Of a stretch of DNA of 23,373 nucleotides, positions 1-8,661 are shown one piece after another. The notes beneath the pieces are model-generated. The model saw only the letters and a list, made by a program, of their open reading frames with translations. It made no database searches and was not told the origin of the DNA. The stretch comes from a virus (Duplodnaviria; Heunggongvirae; Uroviricota; Caudoviricetes), in the IMG/VR virus record IMGVR_UViG_2663763232_000005; one strand, given 5' to 3'. Position numbers and translations under genes: made by a program. Position 1 is the first letter of the stretch, and every line of letters starts with the position of its first letter.

Positions 1-377
1 TTGCATTTCAACCAGCCTGTCGGTGGTGTAGCTGAAGGCCACGGAACAGGCACACCAACAGGTAATGCAGAGCCTTCTCCCAAACCAAGGTTTTCGAGAG
101 CCGTTGGTACCGTGCCGTCCGATTTGATATCACCAAACGGATTATTGCGGCTTAACAGCAGTGCGCGAAGTGCGGTAAGCAACTGGTCATGCCGCCCCTT
201 CTCCAGGCTGGCACCGGATGCCTCCACAACGCTGCAAAGCTCCTCCTGCAACATGTCAAAGTAGTCATCATCCAGATCGGTGGCAGGCGTACCAGTCTGG
301 GGATTACCACGGGTAAAACCGTTCTTACCCGCGCCGAACTTATCCTTCTGCGCGGTTTTCGTGTCTATACGATGCAT
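1..377 (-). CDS. Tail fibre protein, N-terminal constant region (partial; gene continues beyond the left edge of the window)
   Basis: Manual translation of the minus strand from ATG at 377..375 gives [47 protein letters not shown]...[25 protein letters not shown] with no stop before position 1. Not in the ORF track because it has no stop in the window. Sits immediately after the gp48-like gene, where Mu-like phages encode the tail fibre. Family assignment is from memory. Confidence 0.65.
   Translation of the reverse strand, partial: MHRIDTKTAQKDKFGAGKNGFTRGNPQTGTPATDLDDDYFDMLQEELCSVVEASGASLEKGRHDQLLTALRALLLSRNNPFGDIKSDGTVPTALENLGLGEGSALPVGVPVPWPSATPPTGWLKC
75..100. other. hix/gix-like site-specific recombination (DNA invertase crossover) site inside the tail-fibre gene
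   Basis: 26-bp imperfect palindrome TTCTCCCAAACC-AA-GGTTTTCGAGAG around a central AA dinucleotide. It closely resembles hixL (TTCTTGAAAACCAAGGTTTTTGATAA) as I remember it. It lies about 95 codons into the tail-fibre ORF, the expected constant/variable junction. Confidence 0.55.
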
Positions 378-380
378 GGA

Positions 381-965
381 TTACTCCGGATATTTAAAAA
401 TTACGTAGGTATGCGACGGGCAGAGTTTGTTAAGCACACACTCGACAACGGTGTCGCCCCAGATACGCAGTGCGGAATCACAGGGATCGCCACATGTCAT
501 CCAGGTGGTGTTGGTGGCGGCTGGCATGTTGACCTGCCAGTAATACCGCCATTCCGGCGCATTCACCGCGTCAGTACAGGCCGATGAGCAGGTGAACGTG
601 CTTTTGTCGTATCGCGTGATGGTGGCGTCTGGTCTGCCCAGGGCAGCAAGCTGTGCAAGGTAAAAATCCTCATTGATGCCGCCCGCCAGGTTAACCTTCG
701 CATCCAGTCGTTGCTGACGCTGGCGAAGGGTCTGTGTCCCTGCGGGAATACATTCATCCGGCAGGCCGCACAGACGCTCCCAGCGATTTATCAGTTCGGT
801 GGTGGTGCGCGGATCCAGCTCCCGCATCAGGGCATCCGCACGCTGATGAACGCGGGTTAATGACGGTGCCGCACCGGCAATCGCCGGATCGCTGGCTGAC
901 CACGCCGGACCGGGGGGCAACAGTGCCGACAACAGACGGATGTAATCATCGTTTGTCACGTCCAT
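381..965 (-). CDS. Tail/baseplate protein, Mu gp48-like (YmfQ-like)
   Basis: 194-aa ORF immediately downstream of the baseplate J-like gene with a 10-nt overlap. Position and size match Mu gp48 family; assignment by synteny and remembered similarity. Confidence 0.65.
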   Translation of the reverse strand: MDVTNDDYIRLLSALLPPGPAWSASDPAIAGAAPSLTRVHQRADALMRELDPRTTTELINRWERLCGLPDECIPAGTQTLRQRQQRLDAKVNLAGGINEDFYLAQLAALGRPDATITRYDKSTFTCSSACTDAVNAPEWRYYWQVNMPAATNTTWMTCGDPCDSALRIWGDTVVECVLNKLCPSHTYVIFKYPE

Positions 966-2014
966 GAAATCGTCCCCAGTACCGCCAGTTCATTTTTTGC
1001 AATGGAGATATTGTCTGCCGGTGCAAACAACTGATGGCTGTATTCCCCGTTCGCACCGGAAATCGCTTCACTGATACGTGACACCTTCAGTTCTCCCTGC
1101 GGATAACCATCACGCAGCAGGAACGAACGCAACTCGGCGGTGATGGCAGCCCGTATTTCCGGTGTGTCCGGCGTCACGCGGATATGAAAATCCACCGTAT
1201 GCGCCACCGGCCTGAACACATACAAATCAGAGCCTGCCACCGGGGCCAGTGGCTCAATGTGTTGTCTTGCCGCCGTTTCCGTTGATTCTTCCGGAATGGG
1301 ATTAATCAGGTCACTGCCGGCAATCATCACACCGACAGTTCCCGTTCCCATCCAGTGACGGTATGTCCATGCGCGGGTAATGCCGGGCACTTCTTTAGCC
1401 CAGACGACATAGTCCCCGTCAGCCCCGCCCTGCGGCGTCCAGTAATACCGCTCAATGACGCGGGCGCGCCACGTTTCCAGATCTTCTGTATCAAATCCGC
1501 CTGTCAGGGTGTCAGTCACACCGGAAGACGGCAGACCATTCACCGGCGTGACCAGGATTAATGCCGTACCATCGTCAGCGTTACCGACCGCGCCTGCAGT
1601 TGAGCAGGCGATCGGCACGCGCAGGACACCACCGGAGCTGGTTGCATCGGCAGTTGCCGTGTACTGAACCAGGTCATCGCGCTGAATAACACTCCCGGCA
1701 GTCACCTTCAGGCCATCGCTGACACCTTCCCAGCGCATATACCCGCTGGCAGCCGTGGCCCCCTTGCGCGGACACCGTTTCATCGCAGCATGTCGCGCCA
1801 GCCAGGACTCATCGCACAGGTCAGGCAGCATGTTCATTGCCAGATAATCGATGTAACCGTAAACCGTATGCAGCGCCGCCGCATACACCTTTGCCCGCAC
1901 GTCTTCATCCATGCGCCGGAGCGTGTCGCTGACGTCCAGCCTGGCGAATAAATCGTTACGGAGCATACTGATATTTTCTGCCAGCGTCGGGCGCTGAAAT
2001 TCACTGTCCGCCAT
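956..2014 (-). CDS. Baseplate J-like protein (Mu gp47-like)
   Basis: 352-aa ORF in the baseplate gene string, overlapping its neighbours by 10-14 nt, which suggests translational coupling. Confidence 0.7.
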   Translation of the reverse strand: MADSEFQRPTLAENISMLRNDLFARLDVSDTLRRMDEDVRAKVYAAALHTVYGYIDYLAMNMLPDLCDESWLARHAAMKRCPRKGATAASGYMRWEGVSDGLKVTAGSVIQRDDLVQYTATADATSSGGVLRVPIACSTAGAVGNADDGTALILVTPVNGLPSSGVTDTLTGGFDTEDLETWRARVIERYYWTPQGGADGDYVVWAKEVPGITRAWTYRHWMGTGTVGVMIAGSDLINPIPEESTETAARQHIEPLAPVAGSDLYVFRPVAHTVDFHIRVTPDTPEIRAAITAELRSFLLRDGYPQGELKVSRISEAISGANGEYSHQLFAPADNISIAKNELAVLGTISWT

Positions 2015-2429
2015 GCGTTATCGCACTCCACAGATCATCAAAAGAAATCATTACCGGTCCGTCACGACGCCAGAGAGTGATACTGTTACCCAGCTCATTA
2101 ATCCCGGTGCGGCGGATATCCAGATCAATACGGGACACCACGCCGTCATCAATCATCCATTGCAGGCATTCGCGGATATACCCCCTTACCGTCTGCACCA
2201 GCTGATTGGTCAGTTTGCTGCGCTGAAGCAGCCACAGTCGGGAGCCGTAACGGTCATTCTGTACCGCAGGCCAGGTATCCCCCCACCATCCCATCGGGAC
2301 GTCGGCGTTGTCATCAGGCTCCGCCCGCCGCCAGGTAAACAGGGAAATCACCACGGCGCGGGTCAGCGGATCCAGTTGTGCGCTGGCGCAGGTGCGTTTA
2401 CCGTTCACCGTCAGCCACAGTTCCATCAT
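2001..2429 (-). CDS. Baseplate protein (Mu gp46-like)
   Basis: 142-aa ORF; its start overlaps the stop of the upstream gene by 4 nt (ATGA-type). Assignment by synteny. Confidence 0.6.
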   Translation of the reverse strand: MMELWLTVNGKRTCASAQLDPLTRAVVISLFTWRRAEPDDNADVPMGWWGDTWPAVQNDRYGSRLWLLQRSKLTNQLVQTVRGYIRECLQWMIDDGVVSRIDLDIRRTGINELGNSITLWRRDGPVMISFDDLWSAITHGGQ

Positions 2430-2974
2430 GCCTCCATCGCTTTATCAGGTTTGTCGGTGTTACTGCCCTGACCGTTCTCTCTGTGACGATGCCCGTTATA
2501 GGCAAGCCGCATCGCTGACATGGTGGTACCGCCGGAGTCGCACAGGTCTTTCACCTGTCCGGTCACTTCCAGGTCCATTTCAAAACGTGCTCTGGGCGCA
2601 TTGCGAAACGTGATCGTTTTACCTGCACCGTCCACCACGATCCCCTCCCGGGTCAGCGTCACAGACTGCCCCTGATCGTCATAGACAGCCACCTCACCCG
2701 TCTGCAGCCCTTTCAGGCGGTAGCGCCGGTCCGACACCGTAACAACCACCGCATGAGAACGGTCGCCATCCGGAAACAACACCACCGCTTCCGCACCGCT
2801 GTTTGCCCTTGCGGTAAAACCGTAGGGTTCAAGATGTTCAACCCCGGCTTTGGGTTCACCGGCAATCAGGGACACATCCACGGTCTGACATTTCGTGGCG
2901 GCACTGATGCTTTTCACCACTGCCCGCCCAATCAGGCCGAGGAGTTGTCGCTGCATGGCTTCAATCGTCCTCAT
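2426..2974 (-). CDS. Baseplate assembly protein V / central spike (Mu gp45-like)
   Basis: 182-aa ORF, size and position typical of gpV-type spike proteins; 1-nt overlap with the upstream gene. Confidence 0.6.
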   Translation of the reverse strand: MRTIEAMQRQLLGLIGRAVVKSISAATKCQTVDVSLIAGEPKAGVEHLEPYGFTARANSGAEAVVLFPDGDRSHAVVVTVSDRRYRLKGLQTGEVAVYDDQGQSVTLTREGIVVDGAGKTITFRNAPRARFEMDLEVTGQVKDLCDSGGTTMSAMRLAYNGHRHRENGQGSNTDKPDKAMEA

Positions 2975-4053
2975 CAGAACGGGTCCTCCTGTACTCTGGC
3001 TTTTTTCTTTTTCCGCGCGCCGGGGGCTTCGGGTTCAGGCAGATAAGCATCAGGTGGGCCGACACGGATTTCCGTCAGGGTGCCGTTCTGGTCCTGAGTA
3101 AACGTGACTTCCGAGACAAGCAGTTCGGTATTGTCGAAACCACAGACCGGATCGAAGACAATCACCCGCTGGTTGGGCTGCCACAGCGTACCGTTACCCT
3201 GTCGCCAGCCCTGCACCACATAGGTGGTTTCATCCGTCCGCGCCGCCCGTTGTCGGGCTTCAAAGTCAGCACGCGCAATACAGCCTGCCCCCGTGGCCTG
3301 CCCTGTCTGCCTGATATACATCGGACGGTAACGAGCAATAAATGCGTCCTCTGTGCGGGCCCGCAGCGCGGTGGTGGTGGCCTCACCGAAATCATCGTCG
3401 TTTCCGGCACGCTGCCCCGCCACCTGGTAAACTGAAAACCGCTCCCGGATACTCTTCTCCGTATCACAGGAAAGGATGTTTTCCCCAAGTACCAGCGCGG
3501 TATGTGCCCGCGTTGAGCCAATACCGCCAATCACCAGCCTGCCGTGCGGGTCGTCATAAGCCAGCGCCTGCTGCTGACCGAGTATTTTGTTGATTACCTC
3601 AATCACCGTTTCACCGTGATCAGGCTGGACATCAGGAATAACACCCGACGGCGCACCGCTGTTCACCACCTCAATGCCGAAAGGCGCAGCAAGCGCCTGC
3701 GCAATCTGTACCAGCGATCGTCCGTTAAACTGTGTCGGTTCGGCTGCACAGTCAATCAGGTCAGCGGTCAGACTGCGTCCGGCAATACCGGTGCTGACCG
3801 AACGGGCATCGTAACGAACGGGCGTCGCCTCCACCCAGCCGGTGATCACCAGCTCATCACCAATCAGCACCTCCACTTTTGAACCGTTTTTAATGCGCGG
3901 CTGAAGCGTGGTGATACCCTCATCTCCCGGCCACTGGCGGGTGATCTCCACACTGAAATCCCGCGCCAGTCGTTCAACACCGGCACCGATGCGCACCGAT
4001 GTCCAGCCATTCCACTCCCGGCCATTTACCCGTAGCGTGACGTTATCGTTCAT
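2974..4053 (-). CDS. Baseplate hub protein (Mu gp44 / P2 gpD-like)
   Basis: 359-aa ORF between the gp43-like and gp45-like genes, with 4-nt overlap with gp43-like. Confidence 0.6.
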   Translation of the reverse strand: MNDNVTLRVNGREWNGWTSVRIGAGVERLARDFSVEITRQWPGDEGITTLQPRIKNGSKVEVLIGDELVITGWVEATPVRYDARSVSTGIAGRSLTADLIDCAAEPTQFNGRSLVQIAQALAAPFGIEVVNSGAPSGVIPDVQPDHGETVIEVINKILGQQQALAYDDPHGRLVIGGIGSTRAHTALVLGENILSCDTEKSIRERFSVYQVAGQRAGNDDDFGEATTTALRARTEDAFIARYRPMYIRQTGQATGAGCIARADFEARQRAARTDETTYVVQGWRQGNGTLWQPNQRVIVFDPVCGFDNTELLVSEVTFTQDQNGTLTEIRVGPPDAYLPEPEAPGARKKKKARVQEDPF

Positions 4054-5378
4054 TGCACTGGCACCTTCAGAGGGATCACCGGCACAAAGCCGGGATGCGT
4101 AATGGCATTACGCCGGATAATGTCCGCGTCACGCGCCGCGTTATCAAACCAGGTCGCCGCCAGCACCAGCGCGGGTAAAACCTCATCCGGCGTGCGCTGA
4201 ATGATCCGTGCAGACTGTTCAAGGCGCGTGTTGATATCCGCATTCAGATCTGCTTTCACCCGGCGCAGCGCCAGAAACAGCGCATCACTGGTTGTACGGG
4301 ACAACTCCTTATCAATTGCCGTATTCAGTGTGTCGCGAATGTCAGTCAGTTCTTCCCACGTCGGCAGATCAACCGTGTTTTTCACCGCCGGTGCATTGTT
4401 CAGTGCCGGATGCGTGACGGAAGGCCAGCCGGTGCTCTGCGCAGCTGTTGTTGCCTGCCCCACTGCGGCATCCTGCACCACCGCGGAAGTTGTTGGCGCA
4501 GGCAATCGGGTGACGGCATACGCCGCTTCGCTGATTGCGGTCGTACGAAGGGTGCTGGCAACCACGTTACGCTGCTGCGTCGCCGTAGCGGTGGTTTTAC
4601 TGTCCGTTTTCCAGACGCCGCGCGGTTGCAGATCGCTGCCGAGGCTGACACCGGAAAGCGTTTTGATCATGGTGACCAGGTCGCTGGCGTTACCATAAAG
4701 GCGTTTCCCGGTACGCCACATTTTCTGCACCTGCTCAACGAAATTTTTGCCTGACGATGGCGGCGGCAGAAGTACCGAGATATCCCCCTGCAACAGCCTG
4801 GCGGCATCCGATACGGCAGAATCCACCACTTTCATCGCATCAGAAATATACCCAAGCATTGTGCCGGCATTACCGACGACGTCGTTCTGCACAAAATCTG
4901 CCACGCCATCGATACTGAAACCACTGAAACTGTCACTGATGCAGTCATCCAGTGCAGAACAGGATGACATCAGCGTCTGCGCCGTCGCCGCACCTGATGT
5001 GGGGTAAGAGAGTTCTCCCGCTTCGACAAACTTCAGGTCAAAGCGGACAATACGCCCTTCACTTTTCGATGTGCTGACCCGAACTTCCCCATCAACACAG
5101 ACTTTCAGCTCACCATATGTCGGGTGGACAAGCGTGCCGGGACCGGGTTTATTCAGCGCTTCAATCAGGCGATCGCGCTGGTCAAAGCAGTCATCTCCCA
5201 CCACATAAGCTGTGATGGACGGGCGGAAAGTGACTTTTCCCAGATCTTCGGTATAGGGTTTGTCGCGGTTCGGATATTCGTGTGTTTCCACACGACGGCC
5301 GGTTCCCGCACTTTCTTCTTCAACCTTAAACGGCACACCTCGAAATGACGCATCCTGAAGCCTGTCTTTCCACGTCAT
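4050..5378 (-). CDS. Tail protein, DNA circulation protein family (Mu gp43/N-like)
   Basis: Track ORF starts at GTG 5384; the ATG at 5378 (MTWKDRLQDASFRGVPFKVEEE...) is preceded by GGAG 5 nt upstream and is the likelier start. About 442 aa, first gene after the tape measure/moron as in Mu-like tails. Confidence 0.7.
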   Translation of the reverse strand: MTWKDRLQDASFRGVPFKVEEESAGTGRRVETHEYPNRDKPYTEDLGKVTFRPSITAYVVGDDCFDQRDRLIEALNKPGPGTLVHPTYGELKVCVDGEVRVSTSKSEGRIVRFDLKFVEAGELSYPTSGAATAQTLMSSCSALDDCISDSFSGFSIDGVADFVQNDVVGNAGTMLGYISDAMKVVDSAVSDAARLLQGDISVLLPPPSSGKNFVEQVQKMWRTGKRLYGNASDLVTMIKTLSGVSLGSDLQPRGVWKTDSKTTATATQQRNVVASTLRTTAISEAAYAVTRLPAPTTSAVVQDAAVGQATTAAQSTGWPSVTHPALNNAPAVKNTVDLPTWEELTDIRDTLNTAIDKELSRTTSDALFLALRRVKADLNADINTRLEQSARIIQRTPDEVLPALVLAATWFDNAARDADIIRRNAITHPGFVPVIPLKVPVQ

Positions 5379-5385
5379 ATACACT

Positions 5386-5419
5386 CCGAAAATAAAAAAG
5401 CCACCTATTAGAAGGTGGC
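5386..5419 (-). terminator. Intrinsic terminator downstream of the moron ORF
   Basis: On the minus strand GCCACCT-TCTAAT-AGGTGGC (7-bp stem, 6-nt loop) is followed directly by TTTTTTATTTT. The U-tract runs into the RBS of the gp43-like gene. Confidence 0.75.
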
Positions 5420-5439
5420 CTTGTAATGAATTTTATTAA

Positions 5440-5970
5440 TTAGCGAGTCAGAAACAACGAATCTTTATACTTTTGCTGTTGTTCATTTAAATACTTAGCT
5501 GTTTCATCGCTGGCAAATGGAAATATTACCGTATTTTTAGGCATGGTAATTTCTTTTTTGTCCAGCGTCAGAGTAAACATAGGAACATACTGAGCAGAGT
5601 AACGCACCGCAGAAACGAGCTCTAGTTTAGACTCTTCAATAACACTTAAATTATCCAGGCTAACTTTCTCTTCATCTTTTTTCTTTGACGCATTTAAAGT
5701 TTTTATTACTTTATTTAATTTCTCCTGAAAATCCTCCTTAAAGTTTTCAGGATTGCCGTCGACAACAAGAATCTGTTCACCCTGATTATCTGGAAAAATA
5801 ATCTTTGCACTTATCAATTTATTTTCTTTATAAACATCACCAAGTTTTATGGCTCCTCCAGATAACTGAATAATATGTTCATCTTTAAAGGAGATGTTGC
5901 CAGAGATTATGAGAGATGAAAAAATAGCCGCTGCTCCAAGAATTACACTTGCTGTGATATAGCCTTTCAT
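5440..5970 (-). CDS. Moron-encoded secreted or membrane-anchored protein of unknown function
   Basis: 176-aa ORF, markedly AT- and Lys-rich compared with the flanking GC-rich tail genes. N-terminus MKGYITASVILGAAAIFSSLIISG looks like a signal peptide or signal anchor with no lipobox Cys. Bracketed by a promoter-like element upstream and a strong terminator downstream. Confidence 0.6.
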   Translation of the reverse strand: MKGYITASVILGAAAIFSSLIISGNISFKDEHIIQLSGGAIKLGDVYKENKLISAKIIFPDNQGEQILVVDGNPENFKEDFQEKLNKVIKTLNASKKKDEEKVSLDNLSVIEESKLELVSAVRYSAQYVPMFTLTLDKKEITMPKNTVIFPFASDETAKYLNEQQQKYKDSLFLTR

Positions 5971-6005
5971 TTTTCGCCTATTAACATTTTTCTAAATGTG
6001 CATTA

Positions 6006-6033
6006 ATTCTATCACTCTATTTATGACTTACAA
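6006..6033 (-). promoter_or_regulatory. Sigma70-like promoter candidate for the moron ORF
   Basis: Minus strand reads TTGTAA - 16 nt - TGaTAGAAT (extended -10), about 35 nt upstream of the ATG at 5970, in the AT-rich gap after the tape-measure stop. Hexamer match judged by eye only. Confidence 0.45.
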
Positions 6034-6061
6034 CCAGCAATACATGTGAGGGGAATTCTGG

Positions 6062-7894
6062 CTACCAAAATCGGGTATAGCCAACATCGTGATTTATATC
6101 AATGCCACTGGAGCGTGTTTCCGTAACCCGCATACCTGGTGGCATATTTATAAATGATACCTTGATCTCACCATCAACTTTTGGCGCGGTAGCTTTATTA
6201 ATCATGAAGGGATTCGGGCCTGTGGCATCGGAGGCGTTGTTTGCCTGAGCCGGATCCACCGCCGGATAAGGAGTGTATCCCCGTGCCGGTATCCCCGTCC
6301 CATAAGCATCATAAGCACCCGCGCCCCACTGCGCCGAGTTAATGGTATCGACCGTGTCACCGGAACTGTCGGTAAACCATTCAATAATCGGCTTCAGCTT
6401 ATCCCACATATCCTGAAACCACTTAACAACCGGTCCCCAGTTATTGATCACCATCCCCAGCGGCGACCAGGCAAAAACCTTCTTCAGAAGTTCCCGGCCA
6501 GCCTCAAAATAAGGACCAATGGTTTCCCAGAGCTTCTTGAAATAAGGTCCGACAACATCCCAGTTAGTGATAATTAATCCCGCAGCCAGAGCAATCGCCG
6601 TCGCAATCATGCCAATCGGCGTCATCGACATGATCCTGCTGACAATACTGATGGCACTGCCCACGCCCATCAATCCCAGTTTCAGAATCGCAAGACCGGC
6701 AGCAAGCCCGACGACGCCGCGAATAACCCGGGGATTTTCATCCGCAAACTTCGTGAATTTTTCCCCCAACTCCCCCAGCCATTGCGTGATATTTTTAGCG
6801 TCACCAGAAAATGCGCCGCCAATAGCTGCAAGACCGTTAGTTGCGGTCCCCGTCATTGCCTCCCACAGGTTGGACAGCGTACCAAGCTGTGCCTGAACAC
6901 GTTTATTCAGGCTGGCCTGTTTATTCATCTTCTGCTGGATCTGATCGTAACCATCCTTTCCTTTATCGATCAGAGCATTGACCACCTGAAGGGTTTCGGC
7001 ATCATCACCAAATATTGCCTTAAGTACACCTGTTCGCTTAACGTCGGTCAGTTTTCGCAGCTTTGCCAGTTGCTTAAACATGTTATCAAGACCGCCAAAA
7101 CTCCCTTTGCCATCAGTAAAATCGAGCTGTACCCCGAGTTTCTGGCGGGCCATGATTTTATTGACGTCCCTGATTTTCTTAACGCTTAATCCGGACTGGA
7201 TAACTTTTCGCAGGGCATTACCTGCCGACTCCCCGTTCATCCCCATCTGATCCATCATGACACTGATGGGGGCAAGACTCTGTGCAGCCTGAAGACCGTC
7301 CTTATTCACCATCTTCAGAACAGAGCTGGTTTTAGTGAAGAATGACAGCATGTTGGTGTCGTCAACGCCCAGATAAAACGCCTTCTGAATTGTGTCGAAC
7401 AGCCCCATCATGTCTTCTGAGGCCGTTCCGGTAGCATCCTGCATCTTTGCTGCAAACTCGGCAGCCGCTTCCGGTGTTTTTTTCAGTTGTACCGCAAGAT
7501 AAGCTGTCGCTTTACCCACACCACCCAGAATGTTTTCTGCCGGGATCCCCTGACGCACCAGCATCTGCATCATGTTCTGGAAATCAGCCGTTGTACCGGG
7601 TAGCTGGTTACCCAGGCCAATAGCCAGTTTATTGATGTCCTGAAAGCTCTTTCCAACCTCGCCGTTCGCATCCATCATGGCGACTTTCAGCCCGGTAGCG
7701 GCGTTTTCCTGATTGGCATAAGATTTCAGGGAAAGCGTCAGCCCCGCTGCCAGTCCGCCACCAAGCGCCAGCCCACCCTGTGACGCTTCTTCCGCCTGGC
7801 GTTTAAATCCCCGGATTTTCTTTTGCATTTTCGACAGCGCGGGAGAAAGCCTGTCGACACCGGTGATCAACGCCTTAAGCTCAAATTCAGCCAT
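6062..7894 (-). CDS. Tail tape measure protein
   Basis: 610-aa ORF directly downstream of the frameshifted chaperone pair; Gly/Ala-rich hydrophobic central stretch and helical-looking N-terminal part, typical of tape measure proteins. Confidence 0.8.
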   Translation of the reverse strand: MAEFELKALITGVDRLSPALSKMQKKIRGFKRQAEEASQGGLALGGGLAAGLTLSLKSYANQENAATGLKVAMMDANGEVGKSFQDINKLAIGLGNQLPGTTADFQNMMQMLVRQGIPAENILGGVGKATAYLAVQLKKTPEAAAEFAAKMQDATGTASEDMMGLFDTIQKAFYLGVDDTNMLSFFTKTSSVLKMVNKDGLQAAQSLAPISVMMDQMGMNGESAGNALRKVIQSGLSVKKIRDVNKIMARQKLGVQLDFTDGKGSFGGLDNMFKQLAKLRKLTDVKRTGVLKAIFGDDAETLQVVNALIDKGKDGYDQIQQKMNKQASLNKRVQAQLGTLSNLWEAMTGTATNGLAAIGGAFSGDAKNITQWLGELGEKFTKFADENPRVIRGVVGLAAGLAILKLGLMGVGSAISIVSRIMSMTPIGMIATAIALAAGLIITNWDVVGPYFKKLWETIGPYFEAGRELLKKVFAWSPLGMVINNWGPVVKWFQDMWDKLKPIIEWFTDSSGDTVDTINSAQWGAGAYDAYGTGIPARGYTPYPAVDPAQANNASDATGPNPFMINKATAPKVDGEIKVSFINMPPGMRVTETRSSGIDINHDVGYTRFW

Positions 7895-8069
7895 GTGTGC
7901 GTTTCTCCTGCTCTATCCTGTTTGCCTGACTGACCAGCAAGGGAATTTCACTGATCGGCATATTCAGCAATTCGAAGGGATTAATGCGCCAGTAGCTGGC
8001 GCAGTCAAAGAAGCGATCAGTGAGGTATTCAGCCGTCAGGCCTGGAGGAAAAAACCAGCCACAAGCCAC
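7887..8069 (-). CDS. Tail assembly chaperone, -1 frameshift extension ORF
   Basis: 60-aa ORF in the -1 frame relative to 8036..8305, overlapping it by 34 nt. The overlap contains the slippery heptamer T TTT TTC, and a -1 slip reproduces this ORF's sequence (PPGLTAEYLTDRFFDC...). Confidence 0.55.
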   Translation of the reverse strand: MACGWFFPPGLTAEYLTDRFFDCASYWRINPFELLNMPISEIPLLVSQANRIEQEKRTHG

Positions 8070-8305
8070 GCCGCTGCATTCAGGTCTGCCGGAGACATCT
8101 GGTCGACAGAGCTTTGCGGCACTTTCGCCAGCCGCACAATGTATTTCGACACCACATGCGCCAGAAGTCTGACGGACTCATCCTGATTCATCTGGTAGGG
8201 ATACCCCAGCTCGCGGACATCCTTCCCGGTGGGTTCATCAAACTCCAGTACGGAGAGTGTCTCACCATGAGCGATAATCGGTTTCTTTAACTCAAGCTCT
8301 TTCAT
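8036..8305 (-). CDS. Tail assembly chaperone (short, zero-frame product)
   Basis: 89-aa ORF between the tail tube and tape measure genes, the conserved position of the G/GT-type chaperone pair. Confidence 0.6.
   Translation of the reverse strand: MKELELKKPIIAHGETLSVLEFDEPTGKDVRELGYPYQMNQDESVRLLAHVVSKYIVRLAKVPQSSVDQMSPADLNAAAWLVAGFFLQA
8048..8054 (-). other. Programmed -1 ribosomal frameshift site (slippery heptamer T TTT TTC)
   Basis: Zero-frame codons GGT TTT TTC near the end of the 8036..8305 ORF; plus strand reads gaaaaaa at 8048..8054. Confidence 0.55.
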
Positions 8306-8661
8306 TACTGGTAATCCCCTTCTTCACCGTGGAACTCAAGATCAACCGTGCCTTCTTCGGCATTATGGTTCGCTTCTCCGTGCAGCCAGGCGGACGACAA
8401 TACATAGACCTGACCGTTCGCCAGCTCGGCAGTGATGGTCATCTCATCAGACGAGGTGATTTTACTCACCGGAAAATTCTTCGGCACCTTGAAGGTCCCT
8501 TTGACATAAGGCGCACGGTGAGTTTCCTTGCGGTCCACTGAACCGTCCAGGCCGATGATGTCATCATTGACCGTCCTGTTCATGGGCACCTCAATGCCGC
8601 CGGTCAGCGATAGCTGCTGACCGTCAATTTTGAAATAACAGGTTCCCCCGATACGGGCCAT
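8305..8661 (-). CDS. Tail tube protein (Mu gpM-like)
   Basis: 118-aa ORF immediately downstream of the sheath gene with 1-nt overlap; canonical sheath-tube order. Confidence 0.65.
   Translation of the reverse strand: MARIGGTCYFKIDGQQLSLTGGIEVPMNRTVNDDIIGLDGSVDRKETHRAPYVKGTFKVPKNFPVSKITSSDEMTITAELANGQVYVLSSAWLHGEANHNAEEGTVDLEFHGEEGDYQ

Noticed and set aside
189-587. 132-aa plus-strand ORF and the 1..264 plus-strand ORF (TTG start)
   Set aside because: They overlap the antisense of the tail-fibre N-terminus and the gp48-like gene, which have coherent operon context; judged spurious.
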